Shown piece after piece: positions 61,593 to 63,074 of a stretch of DNA of 63,074 nt; position 1 is the stretch's first letter; every line of letters starts with the position of its first letter. A program made the position numbers and the translations under genes. A model generated the notes under the pieces. That model was given only the letters and a program-made list of their open reading frames with translations. It made no database searches and was not told the origin of the DNA. Source of the stretch: Candidatus Njordarchaeota archaeon (GTDB lineage Archaea > Asgardarchaeota > Njordarchaeia > Njordarchaeales > Panguiarchaeaceae); NCBI GenBank assembly GCA_030587585.2, contig JAUQYS020000333.1:1-63074 (forward strand). The letters run 5' to 3'.

Positions 61593-62864
61593 CTATATTA
61601 TACCAATATCATCAAAACTTTCGAATTTTTCCTCAACAACAGCACCCTTCTCCTCCTTCTTTTCTCCACCAAGCAAATCGCCGAACAACCTACCAAGAAT
61701 ATCCGCAATCCTCTCCTGAGCCTCAGCAAGCTTCTTCTGACTAAACGCAAGAGCATTAACCTTCCTATGCAACTCCTCAATACCCTCAGTATTCCAAGCA
61801 ATACGCAAAGGCATCTCCAAAAAAAGCTCAGCCAAAACAAAATCATTAGTCTCCCACTCCACCTCACCAAAACTCCTATCAAACCAATCCCTAGCACTCC
61901 TCCTCAACTCACCAATAGGACTAACAGCACGCCTAGGCAACTCAACACCCATCCTCATCCTCTTCGGCAACTTCTCATCCCAAAACCCACCCAAAGGAAC
62001 AGCATACTCAATACTAATAGGCTCAACACGCACAACACGCAACGGAGTACGCTCAACAATAAACTGCACAACAAAAGCAACAACACTAAACACATAACCA
62101 CGAATCCTCTCAACAACATCCAAACCAAAATCAAAATCCCTAGCCCTAAAATGCAAAACAACACTCCTCGTAGTAGCCTCCAAAGTCACATCAACACCCT
62201 CCAAAGGAACACTAAAATAAAACGCCTCCCAATAACGCTTAACAACACTCCTAACAACCCTACCATCACCAAGACAACGCCTCAAAACCTCACCAACATC
62301 CAAACCAACAGCCCAAGGAAACAAACGAGACAAACTATCCGTATCCAACAAATCAACAACCAACTTCACCTTAAAATCATGCACCCTAACACGCCGAGGA
62401 ACAAACCTCCCCCCAAAAACACCCCCGACCGACCCACCACTCACACCTAGTGATACTTCTTCTTGTTTTTTTGGAATAGGTTTTGGTTTTTGTGGCTGTT
62501 CTTGTTTTGGTTTTTGTGTTTGTTTTTGTTTTTTTGGAATAGTTTTTTTCTTTTTTGTGGTTTTTTGTTGTTGTAGTTGTTGTTCTGGTTGCTTGGTTTG
62601 TTTTTTGTGTTGCTCTTCATAGTGTCTTATGAAGTCTTCACCTTTATATGTTATTCGGAGAAAGCTTGTTCTACCAATAGTTTTTTTTAGTATTAGGCCG
62701 TCTTGCGCCATAGTATTAATAGTATAACTAGTTGTTTTTATGGATTTTTTCAGATATTCGGCAACAGTCTTAACCGTAATATCGGGCCTATCTTTGTTTT
62801 TCTGCAAAAACTTCAGAATACGATACCGCTCCTCATTGTTTCTCTTCCTAGCCAAGATCATCAC
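61593..62864 (-). CDS. winged-helix (MarR/ArsR-like) N-terminal domain protein with K/Q linker and compositionally aberrant C-terminal domain; candidate Rep/regulator (about 420 aa)
   Basis: YRILKFLQKNKDRPDITVKTVAEYLKKSIKTTSYTINTMAQDGLILKK; first gene of the operon; iterons upstream and in the linker. Confidence 0.6.
   Translation of the reverse strand: MMILARKRNNEERYRILKFLQKNKDRPDITVKTVAEYLKKSIKTTSYTINTMAQDGLILKKTIGRTSFLRITYKGEDFIRHYEEQHKKQTKQPEQQLQQQKTTKKKKTIPKKQKQTQKPKQEQPQKPKPIPKKQEEVSLGVSGGSVGGVFGGRFVPRRVRVHDFKVKLVVDLLDTDSLSRLFPWAVGLDVGEVLRRCLGDGRVVRSVVKRYWEAFYFSVPLEGVDVTLEATTRSVVLHFRARDFDFGLDVVERIRGYVFSVVAFVVQFIVERTPLRVVRVEPISIEYAVPLGGFWDEKLPKRMRMGVELPRRAVSPIGELRRSARDWFDRSFGEVEWETNDFVLAELFLEMPLRIAWNTEGIEELHRKVNALAFSQKKLAEAQERIADILGRLFGDLLGGEKKEEKGAVVEEKFESFDDIGII
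62465..62542 (-). repeat. two intragenic iteron copies in inverted orientation (plus strand TTTTTTTGGAATAG at 62465-62478 and 62529-62542)
   Basis: Reverse complement of the upstream CTATTCCAAAAAA repeat; both encode IPKKQ in the linker. Confidence 0.6.
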
Positions 62865-62874
62865 CCCGCATCAG

Positions 62875-62895
62875 AAAAAAACGGGCATAGGCCCG
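62875..62895 (-). terminator. GC hairpin CGGGC-CTAT-GCCCG followed by T7 on the minus strand
   Basis: Hairpin at 62882-62895 flanked by A7 runs; lies between the iterons and the wHTH gene SD. Confidence 0.35.
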
Positions 62896-62923
62896 CCGAT
62901 CCAAAAAAACGGAGTAATAGTCG

Positions 62924-63052
62924 TATTCCAAAAAATCTATTCCAAAAAATTTTCTATTCCAAAAAATACCAAGACGCATAAAAACACACAAAACTGCTCT
63001 CTGCGTCCGACCCATACAAAACACCATTTTTCAGAATTCTATTCCAAAAAAT
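62924..63052 (+). repeat. four perfect direct copies of TATTCCAAAAAAT (iteron-like)
   Basis: 62924-62936, 62938-62950, 62955-62967, 63040-63052; the last copy forms a near-palindrome with ATTTTTTAGAAT at 63052-63063. Confidence 0.7.
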
Positions 63053-63074
63053 ATTTTTTAGAATAAAACCTACG

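Larger units (their letters stand above)
1..63074. mobile_element. putative archaeal virus / plasmid-like extrachromosomal element (whole window, boundaries not visible)
   Basis: Near-total single-strand gene orientation, ORFan density, own tRNA, recombinase, RNAP, clamp genes, no housekeeping genes; archaeal-type tRNA-Tyr and GGTGA SD sites. Confidence 0.5.

Noticed and set aside
61767-62450. 227-aa plus-strand ORF antisense to the wHTH gene
   Set aside because: Extreme low complexity (N/T/P/Q/K/H/L only), caused by an A+C-rich strand that lacks stop codons. The minus-strand frame has a balanced composition and continues from the wHTH domain.

Overview
AT-rich 63-kb window packed with about 110 short-spaced or overlapping genes. 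Almost all are on the minus strand; the exceptions are a 3-gene plus-strand cassette at 28.7-29.5 kb and one RHH gene at 46.4 kb. Most products are ORFans.

I saw no rRNA, CRISPR array, ribosomal protein, core metabolism, transposase, recognisable capsid, portal or terminase, and no DNA polymerase.

The context looks archaeal:
- a tRNA-Tyr(GTA) with a C1-G72 pair and a short variable loop
- GGTGA Shine-Dalgarno sites
- two PCNA-like clamps and a classical AAA+ ATPase
- a block of sequon-dense type I membrane glycoproteins

I read the window as part or all of a large archaeal virus, plasmid or other extrachromosomal element (the single-strand gene layout is also reminiscent of Borg-like elements). 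That reading is inference only.

Modules:
- 0.8-2.1 kb: class II CCA-adding enzyme.
- 5.2-27.1 kb: long overlapping-gene operons. They encode a P-loop NTPase, a fused beta/beta-prime two-barrel RNA polymerase (7461-10541), a 1117-aa LamG glycoprotein, tandem paralogous membrane glycoproteins, a CPBP protease and a stand-alone candidate structural gene.
- 27.9-29.5 kb: serine recombinase next to the oppositely oriented cassette.
- 29.5-58.4 kb: about 60 small genes, each preceded by a conserved T-run/CG/TAA-box/GGTGA cassette. Embedded among them are a DHH phosphoesterase, RHH regulators, an RNA/DNA ligase, the tRNA-Tyr, a PAPS-reductase-like protein, an HExxH protein, the AAA+ ATPase, the PCNA-like pair and a DUF5131-like protein.
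- 58.4-62.9 kb: a tightly coupled operon ending in a wHTH protein, flanked by iteron-like repeats.

Most notable observations:
- the minimal single-chain RNAP
- the roughly 40-copy per-gene cassette
- a 14-bp palindrome present 8 times
- a shared MSFVSKKK 5' leader on six unrelated genes
- the iteron cluster

Many ORF-track starts were trimmed, because the track translated the GGTGA ribosome-binding site as 'MV..M'.
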